The notes: generated by a model from the letters alone, not told the origin. Numbered from the stretch's first letter, positions 28,190 to 37,915 are shown. The stretch: 64,000 bases of DNA from a virus (IMGVR_UViG_3300032030_000037:1-64000), one strand, 5' to 3'. Program-made: numbers and translations.

Positions 28190-29641
28190 TTAGAAGCCGT
28201 ACTTGAAGACAACCTTCTGTGCGAGCTCAGGAGCCATGTACTTGGTGCCTTCCTGATAGTAGATACCGGAAGCCATCTGAGTCGGGTTATTGTAGTTGCC
28301 AATAGTAGGAGTGTCAGTTAGAGGCATGTAGATACCACGAGCTAGAGGAGCCATCTGACCGTCAGCAGTCTTGTGGATTGCATAGAAGGTGGCTTCGCCT
28401 TCACCCTCAACGATATCGGTGGAACGGAGCACAGGAATGCCGTTGTACCAACCTAGGAGGTCGTTGATGTATGAGCTCTTAGTATTTCTTTCCCACTTGC
28501 CGATGAAGGAACCCTTTTGGAACTGGTTGCAAGCCTGATTACCAGCAACATAGGCAGTAACGGTTACACCCTTGACAGCCTTGTTAGCGAGAGCGGACTC
28601 AACATTTACAAGATAAGCGTCGAAGAGGTCAACCTGGCTGCGATAGTCATGGAATCTCTGAACCATATCGCCAGTAGCTCTATTGAGGTCGAGGTCATCC
28701 ATTACGGAACCTACATAGCCTTCCTCAAGAGTGGAGACGAGTTTGAAGTTGATAACCTTGGTGTAGATCTCACGAAGCTTAGTGAAGAGGAAGGTAGCCA
28801 TGTCAGCGCCAGTGGCTTTCTTCATAGCACCAAGAGCGGCGATATTGTATTCAGCTACGAGCATATCAGGAACGGTAGCAAGACCGATCTGCTGCATCTT
28901 AGCAAGAAATCTCTTATCGAACTGGTGAGCGTTGCTAGCACCGATAGTGTTAGAAGGAGTGCCAGTGACATCCTCTTTACCTACGATGGTAACAGACTCT
29001 TTAGCTGCATCACCAGCAAGGGCTTCGCTGAGCTCGAACTCAATTCTACCATTGAGGTAGTTGAGGGAACCCTTGGAGATTTTACCAGCAACAGCCATGA
29101 AGTTACCCTGACCGTCATCAACAAGTTCATATTTCTCAGTCTCGGTGACGACCTTTACACGGACAGTACCAGGGATGAGCTTTCTACCAACAAGAGCGCT
29201 GTAAGCGGTAGATGTGGTAGGAGTAATTGAAAGCTGGAAGTTACCCATAGCCTGGATATCCTGGTAGTTATCAGGACCGAGGTTAGGAATAACGCTTCTC
29301 ATGTCAGTAACACCAAGAACATCGAACCAATAGAATAGACCGTTTGGCTGATCGAAGTCCTTTTCGATTGACATGTAACCTGCGAAGGAGCTTACATAAG
29401 AAGCTACTGAGGCATTGAAGTACTGGGTGCTTAGAAGTGGAGTCTCGGCATAGCCAGAGAAGGTCTTCTGAAGAAGATTATTTCCAGTTCCAAGTCCAAA
29501 GACATCTTTCATCTCGTCGTTACGAGAGAAGAGCTTTGCATATTCGTTAGCACGAATTCTTGCATCCTCTACGGATACTGAGCTATTTACAAGAGCCGCC
29601 ATCATTTCGGGCGTCTGCATGAACTGTGAATAGTTATTCAT
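28190..29641 (-). CDS. Major capsid protein (T4 gp23-like HK97 fold)
   Basis: 483 aa; QPNGLFYWFD, LGWYNGIPV, GIYMPL motifs; strongly biased high-expression codons; follows protease and scaffold. Confidence 0.85.
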   Translation of the reverse strand: MNNYSQFMQTPEMMAALVNSSVSVEDARIRANEYAKLFSRNDEMKDVFGLGTGNNLLQKTFSGYAETPLLSTQYFNASVASYVSSFAGYMSIEKDFDQPNGLFYWFDVLGVTDMRSVIPNLGPDNYQDIQAMGNFQLSITPTTSTAYSALVGRKLIPGTVRVKVVTETEKYELVDDGQGNFMAVAGKISKGSLNYLNGRIEFELSEALAGDAAKESVTIVGKEDVTGTPSNTIGASNAHQFDKRFLAKMQQIGLATVPDMLVAEYNIAALGAMKKATGADMATFLFTKLREIYTKVINFKLVSTLEEGYVGSVMDDLDLNRATGDMVQRFHDYRSQVDLFDAYLVNVESALANKAVKGVTVTAYVAGNQACNQFQKGSFIGKWERNTKSSYINDLLGWYNGIPVLRSTDIVEGEGEATFYAIHKTADGQMAPLARGIYMPLTDTPTIGNYNNPTQMASGIYYQEGTKYMAPELAQKVVFKYGF

Positions 29642-29673
29642 AATTAGTATATTCCTTTTATTAATTGTTTATA

Positions 29674-31893
29674 TTATTTCTTTGTTCCTAACCAAGAAAC
29701 AAGTGTATCTGATTCACTAAAGGTTTTTTCTTCGCTCTTTTCTGAGAATTGAGCTTCCTGAAGGTCTTGCTGTGCACCATCGACGGGAGCAGCTTTAGCA
29801 TTTAGTATCTGAGCTTCGGCTTCCGCAGCGGCAGCCTGAATAGACTGAACAGCAGCAACAGCTTTGTCTTCGATTGCCTCAGGAGTCATAATAGGCTGAG
29901 CTGCAGCTGCAGCGGCTTCCTCTGGAGAAACAACAGGCTGAACTGGGTTGCCTTGCTCATCTACAATAAACTCTGCGGTTTGGGGAGCCTGAGCTGCATT
30001 AGGATCTGCAGCTGGTGCTGCTAATCCAGCGTCGGCAAAGAATTTATCAAGAGTCGTGGAGAATTTCTTTTCTTCCTTAGGCTCATCCTTAGGCTCTTCT
30101 TCTTTTGGCTCATCCTCTTCCTTAGGTTCTTCTTCCTTTTCAGTAAGTTTATTAGCTTCTTCAGCACTGATTGGATGAAGCTCGATTTCGCCTTCACTTA
30201 ATTCTGCCTTAGTAAATTCGCCATTTTCTTTGTCTTCTACAACAGCGACTTTTTCATCAACAGGAGTGATTACTTCAGATTCATTTTCAATCTTTTCTCC
30301 GGACTCAATAGCTTCCTCAATCTTTTCAGAATCAGATTCGTCAGAGAATAGGCGAACCATGTAGTCTGTCATCTCTTCGTCTTCTGAGAAGAACTTAGTT
30401 TCTGCTTCATCACTGTAGATATCAGATTCAGTGTCTGAAAAATAGCGGTCTACGATATAATCGCTTTCATTCTCATACTCTGAGAAGTCTTTTGTTTCCT
30501 CCCTACCTTCTTCTACACGGTCAGGATCTGAGTCGTGACCAGCACCTTCGGAGTCAACCTGGAGATGTGAGGTTAATTCTTCTGCCTCAGACTCTCCGAT
30601 AGGGCGGAAATGAAGCTCGTCATTATTAATAGTAACCTTTGTGAATTCGTTGTTCTCTTTATCTTCAATAACTGCGGTATTCATATCTACCGGAGTTACA
30701 ATTTCGGATTCATTCTCAATCTGCTCGCCATTTTCAATAGCATCTTCGATTACTTCTTGAGAAGTTTCAACATCATTAGCAGCTTCTGAGAATAAACGAT
30801 CCATGTATACAGTATTGTCGCTATAGTATTTAGTTACATAGAGATCAAACTCGTCGGTATCTGAGAAAGTAGCCTCTTCTGGCTCATCAACATCGGTAGC
30901 ATCGAGACCGTCAAGGAGATTCTGAGCATAATCACGAGCTTCCTCAAAGGTATCAAATACCTGAACAGCGTCTACGCCCTCTTCCTGTAGTCTTGCAACA
31001 AGTTCCTGTGCATCTTCCTCAGAATATACAGGTGCATCAACAATTACATGATTAAATGCATCTACACCAACGACGTGCATCGGAAGGAACTGATCGTCAT
31101 AATCTTCTGCGGCAGGTGAGAAAGCCTCATCGTCTTCCTCTACACTTGAAAAGTTTTTACTATCAAGTTCAGTAACTTCCATCTCGTCATCCTCGAGAGT
31201 AACTTTTGCCTGATCACCAGTTGACTCAGAAGTAACAACAACTGCGTTATCGTCTACTTTTTCAACCTTAAGATCACCAACTTTAGCAGTCTCTTCAGAC
31301 TCTAGGACCTCGCTAAATAATCTTTCGCAGAATTCCTGGTCTGAGAAGATTCTAAGAACAACCTCGTTATCAGTAGAGACGGAGAATTCTTTCTCTTCGC
31401 CTTCGCACTCACAAGGATTCTTTCCGCACTCAGGGCAAACCTGATCTTCAGCATCCTCTGCTCTAGGCTCTCTTCCTGCTTCTGCAGTTCCCTCAACACT
31501 AGGTTCATTTCCTGCTTCAGGATTGACATGCTCTTCAACCTGAGCCTGAGGATCCATATGTTCCTCATAATGCTCGTCGGGAGCACCAACCTGTGGACCT
31601 GGAGTTACACCATCCCCTTCCGGGTGGACATATCCCTCAATCTGTTGACTCATTTCTGCAGGGTAGAGATCATAATTTCCATCATCTGCTTTTTCTGCAA
31701 TAGTAACCTCGCCATTTCCTAGATCGGTTATAGCAACTTTTCCTTCACCTAAATTTACATACTTAAGTTCATCGGTGTCAACGGAACCACCTTCTTTTGC
31801 AGCCTCGATATCATTGGCTACCTGTTCTGTGAGTTCCTGATCTTTTTCTTCGGTCGCACTAAAAAGGCGATCCATTAGTCTTGTATTCTTCAT
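29674..31893 (-). CDS. Prohead core/scaffold protein (very acidic, internal repeats)
   Basis: Directly upstream of MCP; D/E-rich; repeated ~50-aa domain (AIE.GE.IENESE..TPVD...AV.EDKEN.EFTK); 14 [KR]x[FY][SA] motifs. Confidence 0.75.
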   Translation of the reverse strand: MKNTRLMDRLFSATEEKDQELTEQVANDIEAAKEGGSVDTDELKYVNLGEGKVAITDLGNGEVTIAEKADDGNYDLYPAEMSQQIEGYVHPEGDGVTPGPQVGAPDEHYEEHMDPQAQVEEHVNPEAGNEPSVEGTAEAGREPRAEDAEDQVCPECGKNPCECEGEEKEFSVSTDNEVVLRIFSDQEFCERLFSEVLESEETAKVGDLKVEKVDDNAVVVTSESTGDQAKVTLEDDEMEVTELDSKNFSSVEEDDEAFSPAAEDYDDQFLPMHVVGVDAFNHVIVDAPVYSEEDAQELVARLQEEGVDAVQVFDTFEEARDYAQNLLDGLDATDVDEPEEATFSDTDEFDLYVTKYYSDNTVYMDRLFSEAANDVETSQEVIEDAIENGEQIENESEIVTPVDMNTAVIEDKENNEFTKVTINNDELHFRPIGESEAEELTSHLQVDSEGAGHDSDPDRVEEGREETKDFSEYENESDYIVDRYFSDTESDIYSDEAETKFFSEDEEMTDYMVRLFSDESDSEKIEEAIESGEKIENESEVITPVDEKVAVVEDKENGEFTKAELSEGEIELHPISAEEANKLTEKEEEPKEEDEPKEEEPKDEPKEEKKFSTTLDKFFADAGLAAPAADPNAAQAPQTAEFIVDEQGNPVQPVVSPEEAAAAAAQPIMTPEAIEDKAVAAVQSIQAAAAEAEAQILNAKAAPVDGAQQDLQEAQFSEKSEEKTFSESDTLVSWLGTKK

Positions 31894-31913
31894 AATACCT
31901 CGTTTTGTTTAAT

Positions 31914-32576
31914 TTATTTTATGATTTCTACATTATCTCCATCGATCTTTACGATACCTTTGTTCTTAAGTACCTCCATTATGTCGGTAGGAGCGTCTTC
32001 GTATCTTTCGTGTATAATTTTTTCAAAGTCTGGTTTTCTTAGGGCTCTTCCGCCAAATTCAAGAGGAAGATCATGAGAAATTCCAGAATCATGAAGGTAT
32101 CTCTCTTTATCATCTTCGGCCGGAATTTGATGAGCCTTTTTAAGCAGTACAATAGCCTTAGGTGGGAAATTACCTCCTTCCTCTAGGCGATTTATAACTG
32201 CTTCCTTTGGCTCACTCATAACGGCCGGATCTAATTCGAGAGTCTTAGTAACAGATATAACAATCTTAGAGAACATTCTAGACTCACAAAAAGCACTGGG
32301 GGAGATTTTTATATTTCCATCTTCCAAGGTCTCCGCAAATCCACGCTCTTCTAAGTTCTGGCCTCCGAAGATCTCACTATATTTTTCAGGGTCTAGTGTT
32401 TTTCCGCTATACTCTTTAAGTTTAAGCTCAAGTTCATCAGAAGTATCAGAAAAAACTCTCTGAAATGCTTCTTCCTCTGAGGTTTCAGAAAATAGTTTTA
32501 TATTTCTTGTCTCAGGTGTGGGAGTTGAGAATAATTTCCGACGCTCCCTTGTTTCAAATAGTTTACGTCTTTCCAT
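31914..32576 (-). CDS. Putative prohead core protein
   Basis: Between protease and scaffold; multiple KLFS/RVFS/RMFS motifs. Confidence 0.6.
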   Translation of the reverse strand: MERRKLFETRERRKLFSTPTPETRNIKLFSETSEEEAFQRVFSDTSDELELKLKEYSGKTLDPEKYSEIFGGQNLEERGFAETLEDGNIKISPSAFCESRMFSKIVISVTKTLELDPAVMSEPKEAVINRLEEGGNFPPKAIVLLKKAHQIPAEDDKERYLHDSGISHDLPLEFGGRALRKPDFEKIIHERYEDAPTDIMEVLKNKGIVKIDGDNVEIIK

Positions 32577-32577
32577 A

Positions 32578-33819
32578 TTATTCTTCCCCTTCTCCCTCTT
32601 CTTCGAGGTTCATTTTATCACTGTTTGGTCCAAAAACTTCTTCTGTAACTGCCTTGGTAAATTCAAGATATGCAGCCTGAAGTTTTTGATATCTCATCTT
32701 AGTTACGTATCCCTGCTTTCTAGCCTCTAGGTGTGCCTGACGAAGCGGTAACTGAAGTGCCTGACCTGCTACTCTTAGGTTCTTTGATATGGAGCTGGTT
32801 CCTAAGAGAGTATTTATCTGCTTGCCTTCTATCACCTGCTCTGTACATTTGTTAAGAATCATCAGAACCTCAGAGTTAAGCATAGACTTCAATGTTTTAA
32901 GATCTTCTGGGTCTATCTTATCTGTTCCGCCCATAGACTTAATTGCCTGACGATAACTTAGAAGACATCTTCTGAAAGACATTCTAAGACCAAGCTTCAT
33001 CTCTCTAAGTTCCTCACGAACTCTAGCTTGTGTGAACTCTCTTTGTTCAGGCACCGATTCCTCAAGAACTGGGGTCGACTCTATTTCTGATACAACACCG
33101 TCAGCGGAGAAAACTTTTGCTTTAAGAGTTGTATAGTGTCCATCGATTTTACTTGACTTAGGACCACTATAGATAGAACTTAAGTCAGAAAAAGCTTTTA
33201 CCTTAACGCCCGAGAATTTGAAATCATCAGGTGTATATTCTATCTCACTAAATTCTTTTTCAGGATCAGTGTTATCGTCCTCAACATTAAGAATAGTTGC
33301 TGCTTTCCATGAAGGATTAAGTGTAACGTCGATACCCTTAAATTGAACAAGTTTCTTAAGATAGTCCCCATGAACACCATTATCAGACTGCCAGAAACCG
33401 ACAATTACTGCACTAACCCCAGGCATAATTCCATTTCGAAGCATGCCTTTAAGTCTTTTTATATTTTGTGCAGCAAAGTCATCCATGACCGTCTCATCAA
33501 GAAGTTCAATTTCACAAATTAGCCAACCGTCCTCAATATACATTTTATCCACATAGTGAGTTGGTGCAGGAGCTTTATCAGAAACGATTATCATGCTATC
33601 ATCTTTACCAACTACCTTGCTTAGAGTAGTTCCGGTATCTGGGAAATTAGCATTAAGTGCACGAGCTCTGTGGCTTAGAGATCCAATCATCTTATGCATC
33701 TCTAGGGCATTCTGACACTCTTCACTTCTGATATAGGCTTCCATCACGTCCTGGCTCACGATACTGCCATCTGATGCTGGTATCCCAGCGACGCTCAGAA
33801 CTCTACATTTACATCTCAT
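32578..33819 (-). CDS. Prohead (capsid maturation) serine protease, gp21/S77-S78-like
   Basis: GSLSH, GVSAVIVG and IDVTLNPS fit the His/Ser/Asp motifs; position upstream of scaffold and MCP. Confidence 0.8.
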   Translation of the reverse strand: MRCKCRVLSVAGIPASDGSIVSQDVMEAYIRSEECQNALEMHKMIGSLSHRARALNANFPDTGTTLSKVVGKDDSMIIVSDKAPAPTHYVDKMYIEDGWLICEIELLDETVMDDFAAQNIKRLKGMLRNGIMPGVSAVIVGFWQSDNGVHGDYLKKLVQFKGIDVTLNPSWKAATILNVEDDNTDPEKEFSEIEYTPDDFKFSGVKVKAFSDLSSIYSGPKSSKIDGHYTTLKAKVFSADGVVSEIESTPVLEESVPEQREFTQARVREELREMKLGLRMSFRRCLLSYRQAIKSMGGTDKIDPEDLKTLKSMLNSEVLMILNKCTEQVIEGKQINTLLGTSSISKNLRVAGQALQLPLRQAHLEARKQGYVTKMRYQKLQAAYLEFTKAVTEEVFGPNSDKMNLEEEGEGEE

Positions 33820-33850
33820 ATTCGTATAATTTTGGTTTTTAAGTTTGATG

Positions 33851-33885
33851 GATCTCAGGATAGTACATTCAAACTATCCTGAAAT
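33851..33885 (-). promoter_or_regulatory. Conserved-loop hairpin, copy 3 (upstream of prohead protease)
   Basis: 35-nt identical to the copy at 7502. Confidence 0.75.
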
Positions 33886-33888
33886 TAT

Positions 33889-34416
33889 TTAGTTTTTAGA
33901 TTTCTTATTTTCAGAATCTTTTAATTTTTTCTTATTTCTTTTATTTTTTATAGCATTTGCTGCTAAGAGACCTGCTCCGGTCAACGCCAGTGCAGTTCCA
34001 CCAATATCAGCTCCTTTTGCTAATTTCATGGCCTTGCTTCCCTTAATGATTTTGGTAGTAAGCTCTGAACCTTTTTTTGCTTCAGGACCAAAGAATGTAG
34101 TAGTGCTACCCCAACCAACTTTAGATAATCCTTTCTTTTCGGCCACTTTCTTAGCAACCTTATTAATAATTACGTGTTCTCCGACACCACCAGCAAGAGC
34201 TGTTGCTCCTCCAACACCTAATGCAACTTTTCCGGCTGTTTTTAGGCCGCTTCCTTTCTTTTCTTCTTTTTCAGAAAATTCACGTTGAGCATAATCGTAG
34301 CCGTCCTCGATACCAGAATAATAAACTTCTTCGAGGATATCATCTAGCTCTGAATCACCTGTAGAGAAGAGTTTTTCATCTTCAAAAGACTCAATAAACT
34401 GTTTTCCAGTAATCAT
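33889..34416 (-). CDS. KLFSTG..QREFS-module protein with two hydrophobic Gly-rich helices
   Basis: Start moved from 34512 to ATG 34416; module shared with 1841..2719 and 34442..35620. Confidence 0.75.
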   Translation of the reverse strand: MITGKQFIESFEDEKLFSTGDSELDDILEEVYYSGIEDGYDYAQREFSEKEEKKGSGLKTAGKVALGVGGATALAGGVGEHVIINKVAKKVAEKKGLSKVGWGSTTTFFGPEAKKGSELTTKIIKGSKAMKLAKGADIGGTALALTGAGLLAANAIKNKRNKKKLKDSENKKSKN

Positions 34417-35523
34417 AACTTTATTTTTGTTTTTAGATTTATTATGCTCTTGCAGAACCTCTCTTATTTTTACTGTTTCCCGCAGCAATTCCAGCAGCCG
34501 CTCCAGTTGCAACTAGTCCTGTTCCGATTAGTGCCGCTTTGCCTGGATTCTTTCTAACCCATTTTCCAGCTCTTTCTAAAACAGATTTTCGTCCTGTCTT
34601 TCTAGTTGTCGAGGTAATACCATTATTAATTAGTGTTTCTCCTTCAGCTCCAAATACATTACCTTTGGCGTTTTTTATAAGATTAGAAGAGCTTGCATTA
34701 TTAACCTTTCCATCTTTAATAGTAGAGCCTACTAATTTATTACTTCCAAGAGAGTCTATAGTAACATCGTTTCTCATTATCCCTTCGGGAACATTTTGAT
34801 TTTTTTTATATTTACTAGGAACAGACCCTCTCTTCTTCTTTCCAACTCTTGTATTATTTTCTGGAGCAGGTACTTCTCTATTCGCTACATCTGCCCTTCT
34901 TTTGTTTGATTTAGATAATGTTGTTGTTGACCTATTGCCTTCTAGTTCTCCAGCACTTGTAGTTGTAGCGGCAGATCCAGTATTATTGAGTTTAGTTGTG
35001 ACTTTTTTCCCTTGAACTTCAAAAGTATTGCCTGCATCTGTTTGTACGGATTGACGAGTTTTTCCGTAAGCAGCAGTAGCATCAGCGCCTCTTTCAACTG
35101 CAGTTTCTGCGGAATGAGCAGCTTTTTCTACTATCTGCGTCTTTGAAGGATCGATTCCTTTTAGAACTTGCTCTAGTCCCTCTCTTTGTGAGCCAGACTT
35201 GAACATTCCATTATATTTCTTAAATTCATTATGTCTTCCTTCTTTCTTTAGAGATTCTAGCCACTTGTCAATATCTCCATTGTATTTTTCTTTAATTTCT
35301 GGAGCTATTTTAGCGAATCGACCAGCATTATCTACTAGTTTCGCAGATTTCCCGGCGGCCTGGATTTGAGAGTTTGCTATATTATTTCTTTGATTCCATT
35401 TTCTTCTACCAAACTCTCTCTGTTCGTAGTTAAAATATTCATATCCATCTTCAATACCAGAATAATAAACTTCTTCGAGGATATCATCTAGCTCTGAATC
35501 ACCAGTTGAGAAGAGTTTTTCAT
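34310..35523. repeat. 70-bp near-identical direct repeat (34310-34379 and 35454-35523) encoding EKLFSTGDSELDDILEEVYYSGI
   Basis: Two mismatches by eye; a more divergent third copy near 2610-2713. Confidence 0.85.
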
Positions 35524-35620
35524 TCTCTTGTTCCTGAAGCTCAAACTCATTGGTGCTGAATAATTTTTCTTCTCCGCTCTCGTCTTTTAGGAGGGAGAAA
35601 ACTTTACGTCTTATTTCCAT
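34442..35620 (-). CDS. Leader plus KLFSTG-module protein, basic low-complexity body, C-terminal TM segment
   Basis: MEIRRKVFS...EKLFS...EKLFSTG...QREFG. Confidence 0.75.
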   Translation of the reverse strand: MEIRRKVFSLLKDESGEEKLFSTNEFELQEQENEKLFSTGDSELDDILEEVYYSGIEDGYEYFNYEQREFGRRKWNQRNNIANSQIQAAGKSAKLVDNAGRFAKIAPEIKEKYNGDIDKWLESLKKEGRHNEFKKYNGMFKSGSQREGLEQVLKGIDPSKTQIVEKAAHSAETAVERGADATAAYGKTRQSVQTDAGNTFEVQGKKVTTKLNNTGSAATTTSAGELEGNRSTTTLSKSNKRRADVANREVPAPENNTRVGKKKRGSVPSKYKKNQNVPEGIMRNDVTIDSLGSNKLVGSTIKDGKVNNASSSNLIKNAKGNVFGAEGETLINNGITSTTRKTGRKSVLERAGKWVRKNPGKAALIGTGLVATGAAAGIAAGNSKNKRGSARA

Positions 35621-35628
35621 ATTCTATA

Positions 35629-36528
35629 TTATTTATCTTTATTAGTTTTCTTTTTCTTGGCCTTATTATACATTCCAAGTCCAGTTCCAGCAGCAAGTAA
35701 TCCAGCAGAAGTAATAAGTGCTGCTTTAGTACCTTTTTCTCTTCGAAGAGTTTTTCCTACAGTAGAATTATTAAACTCTCTTAAAGTCTTTATTCTATCT
35801 TCTCTGATGTACTTTCCATTCTTAAGAGCAGACTTAAGCTCTTTTTCAGTGATTTTTCCTCGTTTTTCCTTAAGTTTATTTATTTTATCCTCTATTCTAG
35901 ATTTTTTTATATCTAGTTTTCCGGCTTTTTTCAAATCTCTTCCTGCTTCAAGAGCTTTTTCCATTTCTTCGGCTGTCTTGTATTCCCCAGCTAATTTATT
36001 TTTAGCTGCACCATATCTAAGAGCCTCTATTAAACTCAAACTTGCAACACCAGTTCCAGCTATATTTGCTGCATCCTCTAGTTTTTCAGATTTTTCACTG
36101 AATTCTTTTTCTGTACATAAACCAAAGAGGTATTTATATTTCTCAATAGTCTGAATAAAGCTTTCCACTTCGCCGGAGAGTCCTTTGTACCTTGGATCAT
36201 CGGCCGGAAGAAGATTATAGAATTCAAGCGTCTTATCTTCTACTTCTTTAATGAACGCTTGTGGATTTATTTTTTCATCGGCCGGAATATAAGGTATATC
36301 CTGAGCGGCGAATTGACCTCCTATTCCCATAAACCCTTCGGCCACAGTATCTTGAAATTCATAAAGCTCTTTCCATAATCCATCAAGGTATTCGTGTATG
36401 TCTTTTCCACGAGCTCCCCAATGAAGAGACTTAGCTCTTGAGATAAAACCACTAAGGCGACCAAGATATTGAAGGACTACAGAAGAATCAAGATCTGAAA
36501 ATAATCTTTGTCTGTATAATTTCATCAT
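35629..36528 (-). CDS. Leader, ferritin/Dps-like domain, KEFS site, basic TM-containing module
   Basis: LHW..G..IHEYLD.LW.EL..FQD.VAE matches the Dps/ferritin-like helix-1/2 motif; YKYL end. Confidence 0.65.
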   Translation of the reverse strand: MMKLYRQRLFSDLDSSVVLQYLGRLSGFISRAKSLHWGARGKDIHEYLDGLWKELYEFQDTVAEGFMGIGGQFAAQDIPYIPADEKINPQAFIKEVEDKTLEFYNLLPADDPRYKGLSGEVESFIQTIEKYKYLFGLCTEKEFSEKSEKLEDAANIAGTGVASLSLIEALRYGAAKNKLAGEYKTAEEMEKALEAGRDLKKAGKLDIKKSRIEDKINKLKEKRGKITEKELKSALKNGKYIREDRIKTLREFNNSTVGKTLRREKGTKAALITSAGLLAAGTGLGMYNKAKKKKTNKDK

Positions 36529-37109
36529 GATATTAATCCTTTTGAACGTAAATAAGCAATTATAGCCGCCGACGTTGGAATTTCATTTGATGATTCTGAT
36601 AAAGTGGTTGTGGCTATAGTTTTTGTTCCCATTGCACCATTAGTTCCCGTATAATATGGAATAGTATTGGAGGTAGTTCCAGAGGTTTGTCTACTTAGGA
36701 GATATTGACTTCCTGAAGTATTGGTGGGAAGATAGACAGAAATATTTGATGCAGTAGTATTTATTAAAGTTGCACTATAGGACGTATTTGTAGACCTGAG
36801 CTTAAGTCCTCCTGAATAAAATGTTTTAACTCCAGCAATAGCCTCAGTTCCTGACAGATGTACATACCCGTCAGAGTCCTCTCCGTCACTAAGACTTAGC
36901 GTACTGCTTCCACTTTTTGGAGCCGATGCCATCATTAATGAACTGTTCGTACTATTAGTGCTACTTCCAGCTACACCATAAGTTGTTGCAAGCTTATAAT
37001 CTACTTCTGCCTTCGAATATACAGAATTTCTATCTGCTTTTCCCGCTAAAGCTGCAACTACTTTATTCCATAATGCAGTAAGTGCGGTTTGTCCTGCGTA
37101 TGATGCCAT
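36525..37109 (-). CDS. Fiber-like virion protein
   Basis: YAG..AL..LWNK anchor; VYSKAEVD, YVHLSGTEAIAGVKTF and IPTSAAI motifs typical of phage fibers. Confidence 0.65.
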   Translation of the reverse strand: MASYAGQTALTALWNKVVAALAGKADRNSVYSKAEVDYKLATTYGVAGSSTNSTNSSLMMASAPKSGSSTLSLSDGEDSDGYVHLSGTEAIAGVKTFYSGGLKLRSTNTSYSATLINTTASNISVYLPTNTSGSQYLLSRQTSGTTSNTIPYYTGTNGAMGTKTIATTTLSESSNEIPTSAAIIAYLRSKGLIS

Positions 37110-37115
37110 ATTGTA

Positions 37116-37823
37116 TTATTTTTCTAAGTTTTCTTTTCTAAATAACTTCATAAATTCTTCAATAGCCGCCCTTGACTCTGGACTATCGAGTGTTGTATCG
37201 TTTTTATCTTCACTTAGTTTCTTAAGTACCTGATCGGAGTCTTTAATTTTAATCTCATTAAACATGTCGTTTAGGGTAGTGATATACCCAATGAGCTTAT
37301 CTACTACCAAAAGCATATCAGCGGAATTAAAATCTGGACTGTTCAAGAGCTTTTCAGGACTTAGGACATTGTCTATAACTAGCCAAAGTTTTTGAATTAT
37401 ATTTAAGTATAGGATAGGCCTGATACTTTGCATAACCTCCGAGAGATATAGTTCTAAGACTTTTCTTTTCTCTGGAGTTGCTATAGCTGTCAGAGAGTCT
37501 GACATAGAATCAAGATTAAGATTAAGGTCAAGGCCATATTCTTGATTGTATTTAGTCAGAACCTCATTCATAGCTAATTTTATTTCATTAGCCTTAGCCT
37601 CTCTTTCCGTTCGTGCTAGTGCAGATGCGTCGTGAATAACAGTTTTTGCACTCTTCGGTATGACAGGGGCATTTGTTATAATACTTCTCAAATCCTGTCC
37701 CTGACTTTCTGATTGATCATCTGGAAGTTCTGTAAATGAATCAGGGCCTAGTCTCCCCTCCTTCGAAAGGATCTGTCTTCGTAGGTCAGAATCTCCAGAA
37801 AAAGGATTGACACTATTTACCAT
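37116..37823 (-). CDS. Hypothetical helical protein of the head module
   Basis: Start moved to ATG 37823. Confidence 0.7.
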   Translation of the reverse strand: MVNSVNPFSGDSDLRRQILSKEGRLGPDSFTELPDDQSESQGQDLRSIITNAPVIPKSAKTVIHDASALARTEREAKANEIKLAMNEVLTKYNQEYGLDLNLNLDSMSDSLTAIATPEKRKVLELYLSEVMQSIRPILYLNIIQKLWLVIDNVLSPEKLLNSPDFNSADMLLVVDKLIGYITTLNDMFNEIKIKDSDQVLKKLSEDKNDTTLDSPESRAAIEEFMKLFRKENLEK

Positions 37824-37915
37824 AATTTTGTTTATTTTATTATTATAATTGGCTCCTAAGTTCCACAATCAAGGGAACTTAGAATAGTATTTAAATAAGT
37901 TTTCTCTATCTAAGG

